A stretch of DNA of 64,000 nt from a virus. Positions within the stretch are counted from its first letter, which is position 1. Every line of letters begins with the position of its first letter. Where the stretch lies: IMG/VR virus record IMGVR_UViG_3300045988_015843. The stretch is one strand, 5' to 3'. Below the pieces are notes generated by a model. It made no database searches. It was not told the origin of the DNA and worked only from the letters and a program-made list of their open reading frames with translations. The position numbers were made by a program, and so were the translations under genes. Positions 20,492 to 29,952 of the stretch are shown piece by piece.

Positions 20492-22117
20492 TTATTTTTT
20501 GCGCGAAAGACCGAGCTTCTTCGCAGCCTTCTTCATCTTGCGCGACATCTTCGGAGTCATTTTTTTTTCTTCCTTAGATGGTTCCTCTGCAGGCGTCTCC
20601 TCAGCAGTCTCGTCAGACTCTTTGGAATCCTGTGAAAACTCGTCAGCCTTCTCAGGATTGTTTGCCTCAGAAGTCTCCTTAGACTCCTCAGAAGACTCGT
20701 CAGTCTTCTCAGTAGTCTCAGTAGGCTTCTCCTCGTCCTTCGGAGCTTCAATGAGCTCCTGATCGAGATTTGCGATGTTGAAGTTACTAAGCGGACTCAT
20801 CGGATCTCGGAAGAGATTCGTGATGATTCCGGCAAGTTGCTTTACGTTGTCCGCAAGGTTGGTGTAACGCTTGCGGAGGTCAGTGCCTGGATAGTAGCAC
20901 TTAGCGATGATTCCGAACGCCTCTTGAGCGTGCTTAACAACGATTGCATCATCGCTCTTGAGGTTATCAAGAACGTTGTCAGCAAAGTCGCTGTTCGGGT
21001 TATCGAGCATTGAGATAACGTCCTCAATGGCCTTGATGTCAGCATTGACACCATCGATGGCTTCCTTGTTGCGCTTCTTGTCTGCGCTAAGAACCTCAAT
21101 GTTCTTCTTCTTCTCAGAGATACGAGCATTAGCTGCCCAATTGACAACTGCATAGCAGATGTCGGCAATCTCCTGCTCGTCACATGTCGTCTTTCCGGTC
21201 ACCTTGTCACGCACCGTATTACGCATAATACAGAATGCGGGAACAATACTATTGTGAGTCATCGTAAGACGCAGCAGATAACCACCAACACCCTTCAGAA
21301 CGAAAGGACATGCGTTAGTGAAGTCTGCAATGTCGAGGATGATATCCTTGACAGTACGTGCATTGATGCGGTCCTTCTCGGCCTGATCATCCTTAGCTTG
21401 GATGAGAAGCCATGAACGATAGAAGTTCACAGCGGCCTTGATGTTGCTGTAGACAGCACCCTTGTTCGTAAGAAGATACTGGACGGTCTTAAAGACCTCA
21501 GTCTTGTTGTGAATCTTCGTGGGGTCGAGCTCAATCTCTTCCTGCTGGAGCTTGTTCTCGGCCTTCATCTGGTCCTTCACGGTCTTAGGAATCTGAACAT
21601 CCTTAGACGTGACGGTCGTAGTACCGTCAGATGAAGACGGCAAGGCGAGAATCTTGTCTGCCTTGATACCGAGTTCCTTAAGAGCACTTGCCATCTCAGG
21701 CAGCACTGCGGTACGCAGCTTTCCTGCGAACGGGGTCTTAGAGAATGTCATCTCATTGGCCCATGCTGCGGCAATGGCGATCATGTTGACATGATTCATG
21801 TTGTCAACAACACCCTGCGAAATGTCGAACTTCTGAATAAGATCAGGAGAGTTCTTGAAGTACTCGTGCGTCATCCTGATCAGGTCTACCTGATGGTTAG
21901 GATCGAGGCCGTTTGCCTGCACATCAGTACTCGGCATGAGCGGCAAATCGAGCTGAGGTGTAACCATCGGAGTCTCCACCTTGGTATCAGCATTCTGCTC
22001 AGCATCCTGCTCGTTATCCACCTGGACATTCGTGTCCTTAACCTCACTCTCCTCCTGCTTAGTCTCAACTACGGGAGGTGTCACAACTTTGTTGTTCTTC
22101 TTGTTCTTCTTGCTCAT
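20492..22117 (-). CDS. hypothetical protein with acidic/lysine-rich termini
   Basis: 541-aa ORF. The several antisense ORFs over it are judged shadows. Confidence 0.7.
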   Translation of the reverse strand: MSKKNKKNNKVVTPPVVETKQEESEVKDTNVQVDNEQDAEQNADTKVETPMVTPQLDLPLMPSTDVQANGLDPNHQVDLIRMTHEYFKNSPDLIQKFDISQGVVDNMNHVNMIAIAAAWANEMTFSKTPFAGKLRTAVLPEMASALKELGIKADKILALPSSSDGTTTVTSKDVQIPKTVKDQMKAENKLQQEEIELDPTKIHNKTEVFKTVQYLLTNKGAVYSNIKAAVNFYRSWLLIQAKDDQAEKDRINARTVKDIILDIADFTNACPFVLKGVGGYLLRLTMTHNSIVPAFCIMRNTVRDKVTGKTTCDEQEIADICYAVVNWAANARISEKKKNIEVLSADKKRNKEAIDGVNADIKAIEDVISMLDNPNSDFADNVLDNLKSDDAIVVKHAQEAFGIIAKCYYPGTDLRKRYTNLADNVKQLAGIITNLFRDPMSPLSNFNIANLDQELIEAPKDEEKPTETTEKTDESSEESKETSEANNPEKADEFSQDSKESDETAEETPAEEPSKEEKKMTPKMSRKMKKAAKKLGLSRKK

Positions 22118-22192
22118 TTTGATAATGATTTAAACTGTTAAACTTAATTTAATGAATGAACTTATCATCTATCCGCATGGAAGACTCTAGGT

Positions 22193-22597
22193 TCATGATG
22201 TGTCAAAGTACTTAAACACTAATCCTGGGTTTAAGAGATTGACGAAATTTCCCCTGACAGTAATGTCAGAGCTACTTGCAGCATGAGATACTGGAATGAT
22301 GTCATAGTGATAAGATTGCTTCTGACTCATCGAAGGCTGCTCAAAGAGAGCAATGTACACTGGGGCAATGTCTGCAACAATGGCTGACTTCTGCACCCCA
22401 GCGTTCATCGACGTGAAAGCTTTCTTCTCAACATCATCAGTCCCCTTAACCTTCTCACACGAAGAGAAGATAGCTGCACCAATGGCACCAATACCGAAAC
22501 AGGTAATGAGCAGCCAAAAAAGCTTTGCTGAACGCTTTGATCGACCAATGGCGAAAGCGAGAAGCACAGCTACGATGCAATAAATAAGTAGACTCAT
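22193..22597 (-). CDS. membrane protein (possible anti-sigma partner)
   Basis: 134-aa ORF with two N-terminal hydrophobic helices, immediately downstream of the sigma-factor gene. Confidence 0.5.
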   Translation of the reverse strand: MSLLIYCIVAVLLAFAIGRSKRSAKLFWLLITCFGIGAIGAAIFSSCEKVKGTDDVEKKAFTSMNAGVQKSAIVADIAPVYIALFEQPSMSQKQSYHYDIIPVSHAASSSDITVRGNFVNLLNPGLVFKYFDTS

Positions 22598-22601
22598 TTT
22601 G

Positions 22602-23156
22602 TTAATGTTTAAAAAGTTTACGTAATTCCTTACGTGTCCTAAATAGGACTGATTTTACAGTACCTAGAGGCACGAATAAGGCTTTGGAAATCTCATCAAC
22701 TGTGTAACTATTACAATAATATAGCTCGTTTATACGACCTTGAGGATGTGGTAGGGTTTTGAAGTAATCCACAGATTCCTGATAAATCAACCGATTGATC
22801 AGATCGGTCTCATTAACTTCTTTCTGTTTCGGTACAACCCAGTCCTTTTCAACATCTTCTGTAAATCGGTGTTTCGAACGTAATCGTAAATAATCCACAG
22901 CAACTCGATTTGAGATAACTCTTAACCATCCACCAAATGATTTATATTCAGTGAAGCTTGGGAGTTTCTGGTAGACCTTAAGAAATACAACATTTGTTAA
23001 ATCACGTGCCTCGTCCATGTCTTTTACATATTCGTAAAGCACATGATCTACAAAATGTTTATATCTCTTGAATAGAGCAGTGAAGGAATGCGGTTTTCCT
23101 TCTTTCGCGTTCTTAACCAGAGTTATTTCTTCTGGAGTAATGTCTGGTAAGTTCAT
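22602..23156 (-). CDS. ECF-type sigma-70 family RNA polymerase sigma factor
   Basis: Region 2-like FLKVYQKLPSF...GGWLRVISNRVAVDYLR and region 4 HTH YTVDEISKALFVPLGTVKSVLFRTRKEL. Start taken at MNLPDITPEE; the track ORF extends to 23201. Confidence 0.7.
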   Translation of the reverse strand: MNLPDITPEEITLVKNAKEGKPHSFTALFKRYKHFVDHVLYEYVKDMDEARDLTNVVFLKVYQKLPSFTEYKSFGGWLRVISNRVAVDYLRLRSKHRFTEDVEKDWVVPKQKEVNETDLINRLIYQESVDYFKTLPHPQGRINELYYCNSYTVDEISKALFVPLGTVKSVLFRTRKELRKLFKH

Positions 23157-23228
23157 ACACAATCTGCACTTTTGTGTGCATTGTAAACAGGAGGGCCTCA
23201 ATCTGCCTACTCCCTCCTGTCTTCAGGG

Positions 23229-23612
23229 TTAGAATGGAAGTTCTTCATTCTCTATTCTGTAGAATTCATTCCATATATTTCTAGTCATATTCGTATGAAT
23301 TAAGAGCTTTTCTTCTTTAGTTAAATCAAGCTTATTCAGCTTAGATGTTGCTATACGAAGTAATACTCCTATTGTGAGATAGCTGGCTCTTCCAAGTTCA
23401 CACAGGATATTCCCGAGTATCCATTGGTTGAAGTCCCACATCTCTGCAAACATATGATTAGTAATAAAGGTTGGTGGATACGGTCCGAACGTCTCATATC
23501 GATTTATCGCCACTAAGTGAGAATGTTGCTTCACAAACGGCAAGAGTAGTTCGTAACGATCTCGTAATGAGTTGTTCTTGTCCTTGATAGTAAAGGTATG
23601 ACCTATTAACAT
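23229..23612 (-). CDS. hypothetical protein
   Basis: 127-aa ORF with a 7-nt overlap with the upstream gene. Confidence 0.6.
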   Translation of the reverse strand: MLIGHTFTIKDKNNSLRDRYELLLPFVKQHSHLVAINRYETFGPYPPTFITNHMFAEMWDFNQWILGNILCELGRASYLTIGVLLRIATSKLNKLDLTKEEKLLIHTNMTRNIWNEFYRIENEELPF

Positions 23613-24049
23613 AGAGCTTGCCTATCAAATCCGTTTATTAAATCACAGATGGTATCCACCGAAACCTTAAATTCTTGTACAAGAGCTCGAATAATCTTGG
23701 TACTAGACACTCCCTGCTGAGTGAGCAAGTAGTACTGTTCCTTGATATCGGTCTCCCTATCCATCGGGAGTTCGAGCTTTCCTGTTGTATGGAATTCGTT
23801 CTTTGCAAAAACAGAATAGTTCATGCCACGCATAGGTGTAAAGGTCCACATCTCAGGGAACAGCTCAATATTAGCCAGTATCTCTTTCGATGCTTCTCTT
23901 AGTTTGCGCTTCTTGAGGAAATATCCCAAGTCAAAACCTCCGTCTAATTGTAACGTAGGAAACAGACCTTTCACCACGATTATGATGAGGTCCGTGTCGC
24001 GTTGACACATATATGTGCCTGCGCTCAATGGGAATTGATTACGTACCAT
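23606..24049 (-). CDS. hypothetical protein
   Basis: 147-aa ORF in an overlapping gene chain. Confidence 0.6.
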   Translation of the reverse strand: MVRNQFPLSAGTYMCQRDTDLIIIVVKGLFPTLQLDGGFDLGYFLKKRKLREASKEILANIELFPEMWTFTPMRGMNYSVFAKNEFHTTGKLELPMDRETDIKEQYYLLTQQGVSSTKIIRALVQEFKVSVDTICDLINGFDRQALC

Positions 24050-24572
24050 GTTTTATATGCTTTAGAATTATTTTTACTACATCTTGAGTTAATTTGTATT
24101 TCGATTCCAGCTCTTCGATAGTGTCTTTTTCTGATTTGTATAGCACATTATGATTTATATCATATATGTTTTGAAAAACAGGATACATTTTTTGTAGATA
24201 TTGTACCCATTTATCAGCTATTTTGAATCTTTCAAAGACATCTTTATCTAAATCTGGAAAATTAATACTTGTCCAAAACGTATGGAAAAACATTCTTTTC
24301 GGTATGTTGTGAATACTGTATCCGTGTTGTTTGAGTATGTTTGCATGTTTCCATGACCATACTCTCACGTCTTCAGCAGTCACAGCCTGTTTTAAACCAA
24401 GAGCTTGCTTTACAGCAAGACTTCTTTGTTCTACAGGCACATGTTTTACAAACTTGTTATATATGTGCTCAATATAATTATTTTTGCACTTACAAATTTG
24501 TAAAGCAATATCAACATGTACAGGTAATCTGTCACGTATCATTCCTCGGAAACCTTTTGATGAATATTTCAT
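24039..24572 (-). CDS. hypothetical protein
   Basis: 177-aa ORF, first gene after the 0.8 kb ORF-free region. Confidence 0.6.
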   Translation of the reverse strand: MKYSSKGFRGMIRDRLPVHVDIALQICKCKNNYIEHIYNKFVKHVPVEQRSLAVKQALGLKQAVTAEDVRVWSWKHANILKQHGYSIHNIPKRMFFHTFWTSINFPDLDKDVFERFKIADKWVQYLQKMYPVFQNIYDINHNVLYKSEKDTIEELESKYKLTQDVVKIILKHIKHGT

Positions 24573-24588
24573 ATTGATTCTGTTTTAG

Positions 24589-24633
24589 TTGGGCGTGGGG
24601 GATCGAACCCCATACAGTCCTATTACTCGCCCA
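24589..24633 (-). ncRNA. tRNA-like minihelix (acceptor + T arm only)
   Basis: TGGGCG AGTAATAGGACTGTA TGGGG TTCGATC CCCCA CGCCCA A. Confidence 0.35.
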
Positions 24634-24861
24634 TGACACTTTGGTAGTCGAACCTGATTAGCACTTACGCTACGTGAGTGTAATCTACGATATTATAATC
24701 GCCAGTTGATGTTTAATGCGCAGTTAACGGATTTACTTCCTCATACAATCAAAACCAGTTAGGCCCATAAAATGAGTAACTATTCTCACGAACCGTTACC
24801 CTATGAGTTACGATAATAAACAATAATTAAAAAACATCAATTAAAAAACTTATGGAATTCG

Positions 24862-24922
24862 TGGACCTAGTGGGATTCGAACCCACGTCTTGTATGATTA
24901 ACTCATCCCCACACATAGTTCC
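24862..24922 (-). ncRNA. D-arm-less tRNA-like element
   Basis: GGAACTA TGTGTGGGG ATGA-GTTAA-TCAT ACAAGAC GTGGG TTCGAAT CCCAC TAGGTCC A. Acceptor pairs 6/7 and the T arm is perfect. Confidence 0.4.
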
Positions 24923-25354
24923 ATAGAGAATGGCCAAACTCCCTATGGATGCAGCACGCTACGAAATACTGCGATAGTTAGAGATTCCAAAACTGATTCA
25001 AGATTCTGTTTGGGCTAACTATATTCTTTTTGATAAAACACACTTCAAGACAGAACCTACACGCATATGTAGGGGCCTTAAAGACTTATAGTTCTTGCAT
25101 GTTCGATCATTTGATACGACAGTAGTTTATCCACCCCTGTTAGAGTGTTTTCGTCCCACATTGGCTCATGGCTCTGTGTGATAAGTCAATTCTTATGCTT
25201 TTAAAATACGTTTCTACGGCTCCAAACAATCATGATCCATCTGCGGTCATATTGAGTAATACATCGGGTTATTAGTGTTTCAAAAGCGCTCATGGCTCTT
25301 AGGCTCTTGAGTTGGACTTTGTAGTTCTATTTACAGATACTATCTGATGATAGA

Positions 25355-25924
25355 TTACCACTTGTAGTACTCGCCAAACGCGAGGCGCACCTTGTTCATC
25401 TCCTTGTCGAACTGATCATCGCACTTGCGACGGAGCTCGTAGATGTCGTCGTTGATCTTGCCCTCCCAGACGTCGTAGTCGGTGATGTCGATACACGGCT
25501 CGAACTTGTCGCCAAGTTTGACCTTCTTGTCCTCAAGCTTGTTGTCCTTGCCAGGCATCTTGAGAGTCATCTCATCGCCCTTGACCTTGTGATGATCGAG
25601 GAACTCACGTGTGACCTCGAAGCCCATCAGGAACTTCACGAAGTCTGAACGACGGACCAACTCCTCCTTGGTGATCTCCATCTCGCGCTTGCGACGACGA
25701 ACATCGATGAGAGTCTTTGCCTCCTTGAACGAGGCGCGCGAGAAGCGCGCCTTCTTCATCTCCTTGATGCGCTCGTCCTGCTCGTTCCTGAGCTCTTCCT
25801 GGATCTTCGTCGCCATCTCAGAGCTACCGAGATTCTTGGCGTTGATCACGTCCATCACGTTGTCGCTGGTCATTACTACCGGGGTTGTTGCCTTTGCAGG
25901 CTTTACACTGTTCTTGTTTGCCAT
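25355..25924 (-). CDS. hypothetical protein (Lys/Glu-rich)
   Basis: 189-aa ORF, relatively GC-rich. Confidence 0.65.
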   Translation of the reverse strand: MANKNSVKPAKATTPVVMTSDNVMDVINAKNLGSSEMATKIQEELRNEQDERIKEMKKARFSRASFKEAKTLIDVRRRKREMEITKEELVRRSDFVKFLMGFEVTREFLDHHKVKGDEMTLKMPGKDNKLEDKKVKLGDKFEPCIDITDYDVWEGKINDDIYELRRKCDDQFDKEMNKVRLAFGEYYKW

Positions 25925-25948
25925 TTTTGATAAATGTTTAAAAGTTAA

Positions 25949-26086
25949 TTAATACACATATTTGTCTAAATCTTCATCAAACACTGTGCTATGTCTGAAG
26001 GATCTGTTGTACGGCGTCATTTGTTTATGACGTTTTGCCTTTACAGGCTGACTATCTTTACGATAGTCCTTGTACGATCTACTCAT
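25949..26086 (-). CDS. small basic hypothetical protein
   Basis: The MSRSYKDYRK... ATG at 26086 lies 1 nt after the TAG stop of the upstream gene. The longer track ORF overlaps that gene. Confidence 0.4.
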   Translation of the reverse strand: MSRSYKDYRKDSQPVKAKRHKQMTPYNRSFRHSTVFDEDLDKYVY

Positions 26087-26087
26087 A

Positions 26088-26609
26088 CTAACGAAGCTGG
26101 TGTATCTTTGCCAGATCACGGATGATGTTGATAACCTCTTTCGTGATGTTGTACTTCTCACGAAGTTCAAGAGGTATCTTGATGAACACGTTGTCTCTGC
26201 TGAGCACCACGAATGCGCTTCGTAATGCTCTCGACACGTCAGTGTTACTGTTCAAGTGCTTCACCAGTGCTGCGTTAAACGCAAGTGTGATTACAGCAGG
26301 GTTGCCACTTTCGAGTTTGCTCTCAAAAGCCGTACCAATGACCTTTGCGGCAGCGGCTTCGGGCGTTATCGCCACTTCAGGCTGCTCAAATCGATCATTA
26401 GACTCAACAATGTGCTTGACAACAATCTTCGTGATGTCATCTGCGTTGAGAACAGACACGTTTGGATAGTTCACCAATCCGTCAGCACAAAGATCGACGA
26501 ATGCTTCGACAATCTTACGCTGATCTTCAATACTCGGCATCTTACCGTTGTACTCCACAACGACAATATACTTTGCCGGTTTGCGGAGGAGCTCTACTCT
26601 TTTACTCAT
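26088..26609 (-). CDS. hypothetical protein (terminates at TAG)
   Basis: 173-aa ORF. Its stop codon is TAG 26088-26090. Confidence 0.65.
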   Translation of the reverse strand: MSKRVELLRKPAKYIVVVEYNGKMPSIEDQRKIVEAFVDLCADGLVNYPNVSVLNADDITKIVVKHIVESNDRFEQPEVAITPEAAAAKVIGTAFESKLESGNPAVITLAFNAALVKHLNSNTDVSRALRSAFVVLSRDNVFIKIPLELREKYNITKEVINIIRDLAKIHQLR

Positions 26610-27045
26610 AGCGAGAAGTGTTTATAAGTTGGACTTTGACACCATCAATGATAGTGTCTTTTGTATCACATACTATAGAATCTGTCGTGTGTTTCCCTCG
26701 CAAGGCGGAATAAACATCCTTACGATCGAGGAACTCTCGTACAATATCCTTTTTAGTGAATGATTCGCTCTTTGACGAAACAACAGTTGCAACATTGTAC
26801 AAGTCTTCAGGCGACATTGCCTTAAAGATGATGCTGTCGCAATAATTGCTGTTGGCCTCGTCGTTGACCCAACTCAAGAAGTCCGTCACTCTGGACCACT
26901 GTTCAGCCGGTTTTGAAACCACTGTCGTGGTATCAACCGGTGTTACGTCGGGCTTATGTTCGCATGATGACGTTGACAACGCCATACTCACGACAACAGC
27001 CCACACTACCGCTACAATGAGCGATGCTTTGATGAAATGTTTCAT
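26602..27045 (-). CDS. hypothetical exported protein
   Basis: 147-aa ORF with an N-terminal signal-like helix and a Cys (STSSC). Confidence 0.6.
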   Translation of the reverse strand: MKHFIKASLIVAVVWAVVVSMALSTSSCEHKPDVTPVDTTTVVSKPAEQWSRVTDFLSWVNDEANSNYCDSIIFKAMSPEDLYNVATVVSSKSESFTKKDIVREFLDRKDVYSALRGKHTTDSIVCDTKDTIIDGVKVQLINTSRYE

Positions 27046-27140
27046 TTTGATAATGAATTAAATTAAACATATATGTTCGTTCACTCTGTATTTATAGAGG
27101 CTTGTGACTCTCATCTTTCGATGGCTACATTAAACGAAAT

Positions 27141-27170
27141 CCCCTATAGAGTGGGAAAGCTCTATAGGGG
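27141..27170 (-). promoter_or_regulatory. Perfect 11-bp inverted repeat hairpin
   Basis: CCCCTATAGAG-TGGGAAAG-CTCTATAGGGG, in the gap between 27177(-) and 27045(-). Confidence 0.5.
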
Positions 27171-27176
27171 ATAATG

Positions 27177-27530
27177 TTAATCAGTTAAAAACTGAGTTGG
27201 TTTGAGACGTAGATCTCCAAACATATTTGTTAGTTCTCTAAGTCTATTCTTGGTTACTTTACGTACATACAGTCTGTATTTGGTCTGTCCAGCCACTATG
27301 ACATTTTTATACGCATGTACTTCGAGAAGTTCTGACCGGTCATGATTGTATGGAACTATTAGTTTCAACAACATGGTTTTATCTTCTACGAAGTCTTTTT
27401 GTAACCACTCACGCATACTTTTCACAGGATTTACATAAATCTCAATTTCTTGAGATCCAATGTGCTCAGCAACGGCTTTGTTTGCTGCTGCACATATGAT
27501 CCGACTTACGCTTAAATAATGTACTCGCAT
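27177..27530 (-). CDS. hypothetical protein
   Basis: Start moved to MRVHYLS (ATG 27530), 1 nt after the TAA of the upstream small gene. Confidence 0.55.
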   Translation of the reverse strand: MRVHYLSVSRIICAAANKAVAEHIGSQEIEIYVNPVKSMREWLQKDFVEDKTMLLKLIVPYNHDRSELLEVHAYKNVIVAGQTKYRLYVRKVTKNRLRELTNMFGDLRLKPTQFLTD

Positions 27531-27531
27531 A

Positions 27532-27720
27532 TTATTGGACCGTGTATAAATGTCCGTTAATTTTTGAACCTGTTTCCTTCGTATACTTCTCAATCTGCTT
27601 TTTCAACAACACAGCTTGTATAACTGTTAGTTTACTTGCGATTAGGATAGAGCTACCACCTATTCGTAAGAATAGTTTTGATGTTGGGTTGCCCTGTTTG
27701 TCCGTCTTAGCTATTTTCAT
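27532..27720 (-). CDS. small hypothetical protein
   Basis: MKIAKTDKQ... Its ATG overlaps the TGA of the upstream gene (ATGA) and it fills an otherwise empty 120-nt gap. Confidence 0.5.
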   Translation of the reverse strand: MKIAKTDKQGNPTSKLFLRIGGSSILIASKLTVIQAVLLKKQIEKYTKETGSKINGHLYTVQ

Positions 27721-28082
27721 TGCATTTGACTCATTATTGCGTCTAGTTCTTGATTTGCCTCTACGCAATCACACATGATACCTTGTAATAATGACATTAA
27801 CTGTTCAATATCACTCGATATGTTAGTAATCTCCTTAACTGAAAGTTCTTTATCAGGCAATGGGATCTCAAGATGAAGTTCTGTGTCTGTTATCCAGAAA
27901 CGAGCACCTTCACGTTTCATGAGCATATTCATGAAGTAGGAAAGATTTTCTTTTCTGTATGCGTCGCTAATCAGATTCAGATTGTGTACTATTTTACAGT
28001 ACAGTTTATCCTGATGGATAACGGTTTCTGGATTGTAGTTTATAGAACTCTTATACAGTTCTTGATCTTTTTCATCACTCAT
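27717..28082 (-). CDS. hypothetical protein
   Basis: ORF 27717-28106. The internal ATG at 28082 gives an 8-nt overlap with the upstream gene. Confidence 0.55.
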   Translation of the reverse strand: MSDEKDQELYKSSINYNPETVIHQDKLYCKIVHNLNLISDAYRKENLSYFMNMLMKREGARFWITDTELHLEIPLPDKELSVKEITNISSDIEQLMSLLQGIMCDCVEANQELDAIMSQMQ

Positions 28083-28395
28083 GACACTTGGTTTTATTGT
28101 AATCATTTATGATGTTGCTTATGCGATTGAATTTCGCATACACATCGATCAACAACTTAGCCAGCACAGTGCACATCTCCTTATCATTGATCACATGCTG
28201 CATTTTCTGACGCGTGTGATAACTTACTTCAATGACAATTTGATTGTTGTCTGCACCCTTAATCTCGATGTTCGTGTTTTTTACGAGTACATCGTTGATT
28301 GCGCCGATCACAGGTCTCAGCAAACCTGGGTCTTTGATGTCTTTGTCTCTTGTGACATCGACCATCTTCTTCAAATCGACAAGCGTCTCGTTCAT
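28075..28395 (-). CDS. hypothetical protein
   Basis: MNETLVDLKK. ATGA overlap with the stop of 28392-28739. Confidence 0.55.
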   Translation of the reverse strand: MNETLVDLKKMVDVTRDKDIKDPGLLRPVIGAINDVLVKNTNIEIKGADNNQIVIEVSYHTRQKMQHVINDKEMCTVLAKLLIDVYAKFNRISNIINDYNKTKCHE

Positions 28396-28739
28396 CGCAC
28401 AACCCTCCCTGATTCTGCTACAAGGCACAGATTCTGTCCTCTGTAGATGTTCATTACTATGACAATGTCCTCCTTGTAAAAAGGAGTTTTGTCAAGACCA
28501 GCTTCTACGATGAAGCCTTCATTCACACCACAGATGTTGTCATTCTTGTCTGCGATGAATGACACATCTATCTCATCACTAAAGGGAGTTTCGTAACGTA
28601 ACAGAGGTGCAATAAAACCACTGACCTCTGTGGCACCAAACTTATGGCCAAAGAACTCACGTGGTTGGTGTTTGTTCATCACACCATGATTTCCGTTACG
28701 ACGCTTGCTATACGTCTTTTTTTTGCTTTCGATTTCCAT
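28392..28739 (-). CDS. hypothetical protein
   Basis: 115-aa ORF. Confidence 0.55.
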   Translation of the reverse strand: MEIESKKKTYSKRRNGNHGVMNKHQPREFFGHKFGATEVSGFIAPLLRYETPFSDEIDVSFIADKNDNICGVNEGFIVEAGLDKTPFYKEDIVIVMNIYRGQNLCLVAESGRVVR

Positions 28740-28759
28740 GTTTTATTGATTAAAACTTG

Positions 28760-29098
28760 TTAGTATGAAGTGACTGGGGTTATTCCACAAGATTTTGATA
28801 TCTTGTTGAAAGCTTCGCAATACTTATTGTATGCGACACCTTTTCTACGTTTCATCTCATCAGGTCCGTTATAGTACGGATCGAAGTTGTCGTAGAATTG
28901 GGACTCGCTGAGCAGATTCTCCGTTGCTGCTACATACTGTTTGTATGCATCAAGAGTGTCTTTGTACTGACTCTTGTAGTAACGACTCATCTCTGCGATT
29001 TCCCGGTTCATATCACCGCTCATGTTCATCTGTCCAGCAGAACAGCCAATAAATACACTGATTATGGCTGTTACGATTACTATAACCGCTTTGTTCAT
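28760..29098 (-). CDS. putative lipoprotein (AT-rich paralog of 29953-30312)
   Basis: Signal plus lipobox-like FIGC. Shares DPYYNGPDE...AYNKYCEAFNKI with DPFYDGDDA...AYRRFCDAYNKL of the other copy. Confidence 0.6.
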   Translation of the reverse strand: MNKAVIVIVTAIISVFIGCSAGQMNMSGDMNREIAEMSRYYKSQYKDTLDAYKQYVAATENLLSESQFYDNFDPYYNGPDEMKRRKGVAYNKYCEAFNKISKSCGITPVTSY

Positions 29099-29164
29099 TG
29101 TTTTGAGTGTTTAAATGTTGTGCAGTCCTATTTAGAACGCCGGACTGCTTAGGCGTGTACATCA

Positions 29165-29554
29165 TTATCGTCTTCTTTTAACAATGTATTTGGTTTTGTA
29201 TCGTATCAAACCAACAATGATGCCGTTCTTAAGACGGATAGCTAATGATGGTTCAATTTGATTCTGTTTACATGCATTGATGTACGAGAGAACAGTCTTA
29301 GAAACAGGGATTAGTTCTGAGATATTCTCTTGCTTATCGTTGTAAACTGCGTAGTAACGAACTGCACCTTTGTCTGTTGTCTGAGATACAATTCGTTCGA
29401 TATTCTGATACTTCACGATAGCTGTGTCATATTGTGCTGTTTGAGCACATGCACGAGTCACGAAAAGCATGAATATGAATAATAGGATCAAGAGTCCTAT
29501 TTTATGACCAGGATCTAACCGATCATGATCATCTATTGGTTTTTTCGGTTCCAT
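29165..29554 (-). CDS. hypothetical membrane-anchored protein
   Basis: 129-aa ORF with the hydrophobic segment IGLLILLFIFMLFV. Confidence 0.55.
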   Translation of the reverse strand: MEPKKPIDDHDRLDPGHKIGLLILLFIFMLFVTRACAQTAQYDTAIVKYQNIERIVSQTTDKGAVRYYAVYNDKQENISELIPVSKTVLSYINACKQNQIEPSLAIRLKNGIIVGLIRYKTKYIVKRRR

Positions 29555-29877
29555 ATTGCTAATGCTATTATGTCATATACCTGTTGATCTGTAAGTCCAA
29601 AAGCACGCGGTGCCATGTGGTTTAAGATATACAATTCCTCCGCACCTATGGTCTGGTGATCATCTGATACGAAGAACTTTGTTCCACGTGGTATGTACGC
29701 ACTGACATGACTGATACTAAACGGTTCTGTTTGAAAACCGTCGTATGGTGCAAAACGACGTTGTGTATATGCATGTATCAAACCTTTACTAAGGCGCTGC
29801 GTAATACGATCTTTGTCAAAATCGTTTACCCATTCTCTACCAGACTTTTCACTATCTTGGTAGGCCTTCTTTATCAA
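29533..29877 (-). CDS. hypothetical protein (terminates at TAG)
   Basis: 114-aa ORF. Stop is TAG 29533-29535. Confidence 0.55.
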   Translation of the reverse strand: MIKKAYQDSEKSGREWVNDFDKDRITQRLSKGLIHAYTQRRFAPYDGFQTEPFSISHVSAYIPRGTKFFVSDDHQTIGAEELYILNHMAPRAFGLTDQQVYDIIALAIWNRKNQ

Positions 29878-29952
29878 CTTTGAATTTGACTATCTGCAAT
29901 ATTATACGAATAGGCCCCGCAGGGATGGCCTTTCGGCCGTTCCCCGAGGCGA

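Noticed and set aside
24862-24922. Ochre (UUA) or other suppressor function for the D-arm-less tRNA-like elements
   Set aside because: The candidate loops need 3-bp stems and lack U33. No TAA read-through is required anywhere, so the evidence is insufficient.
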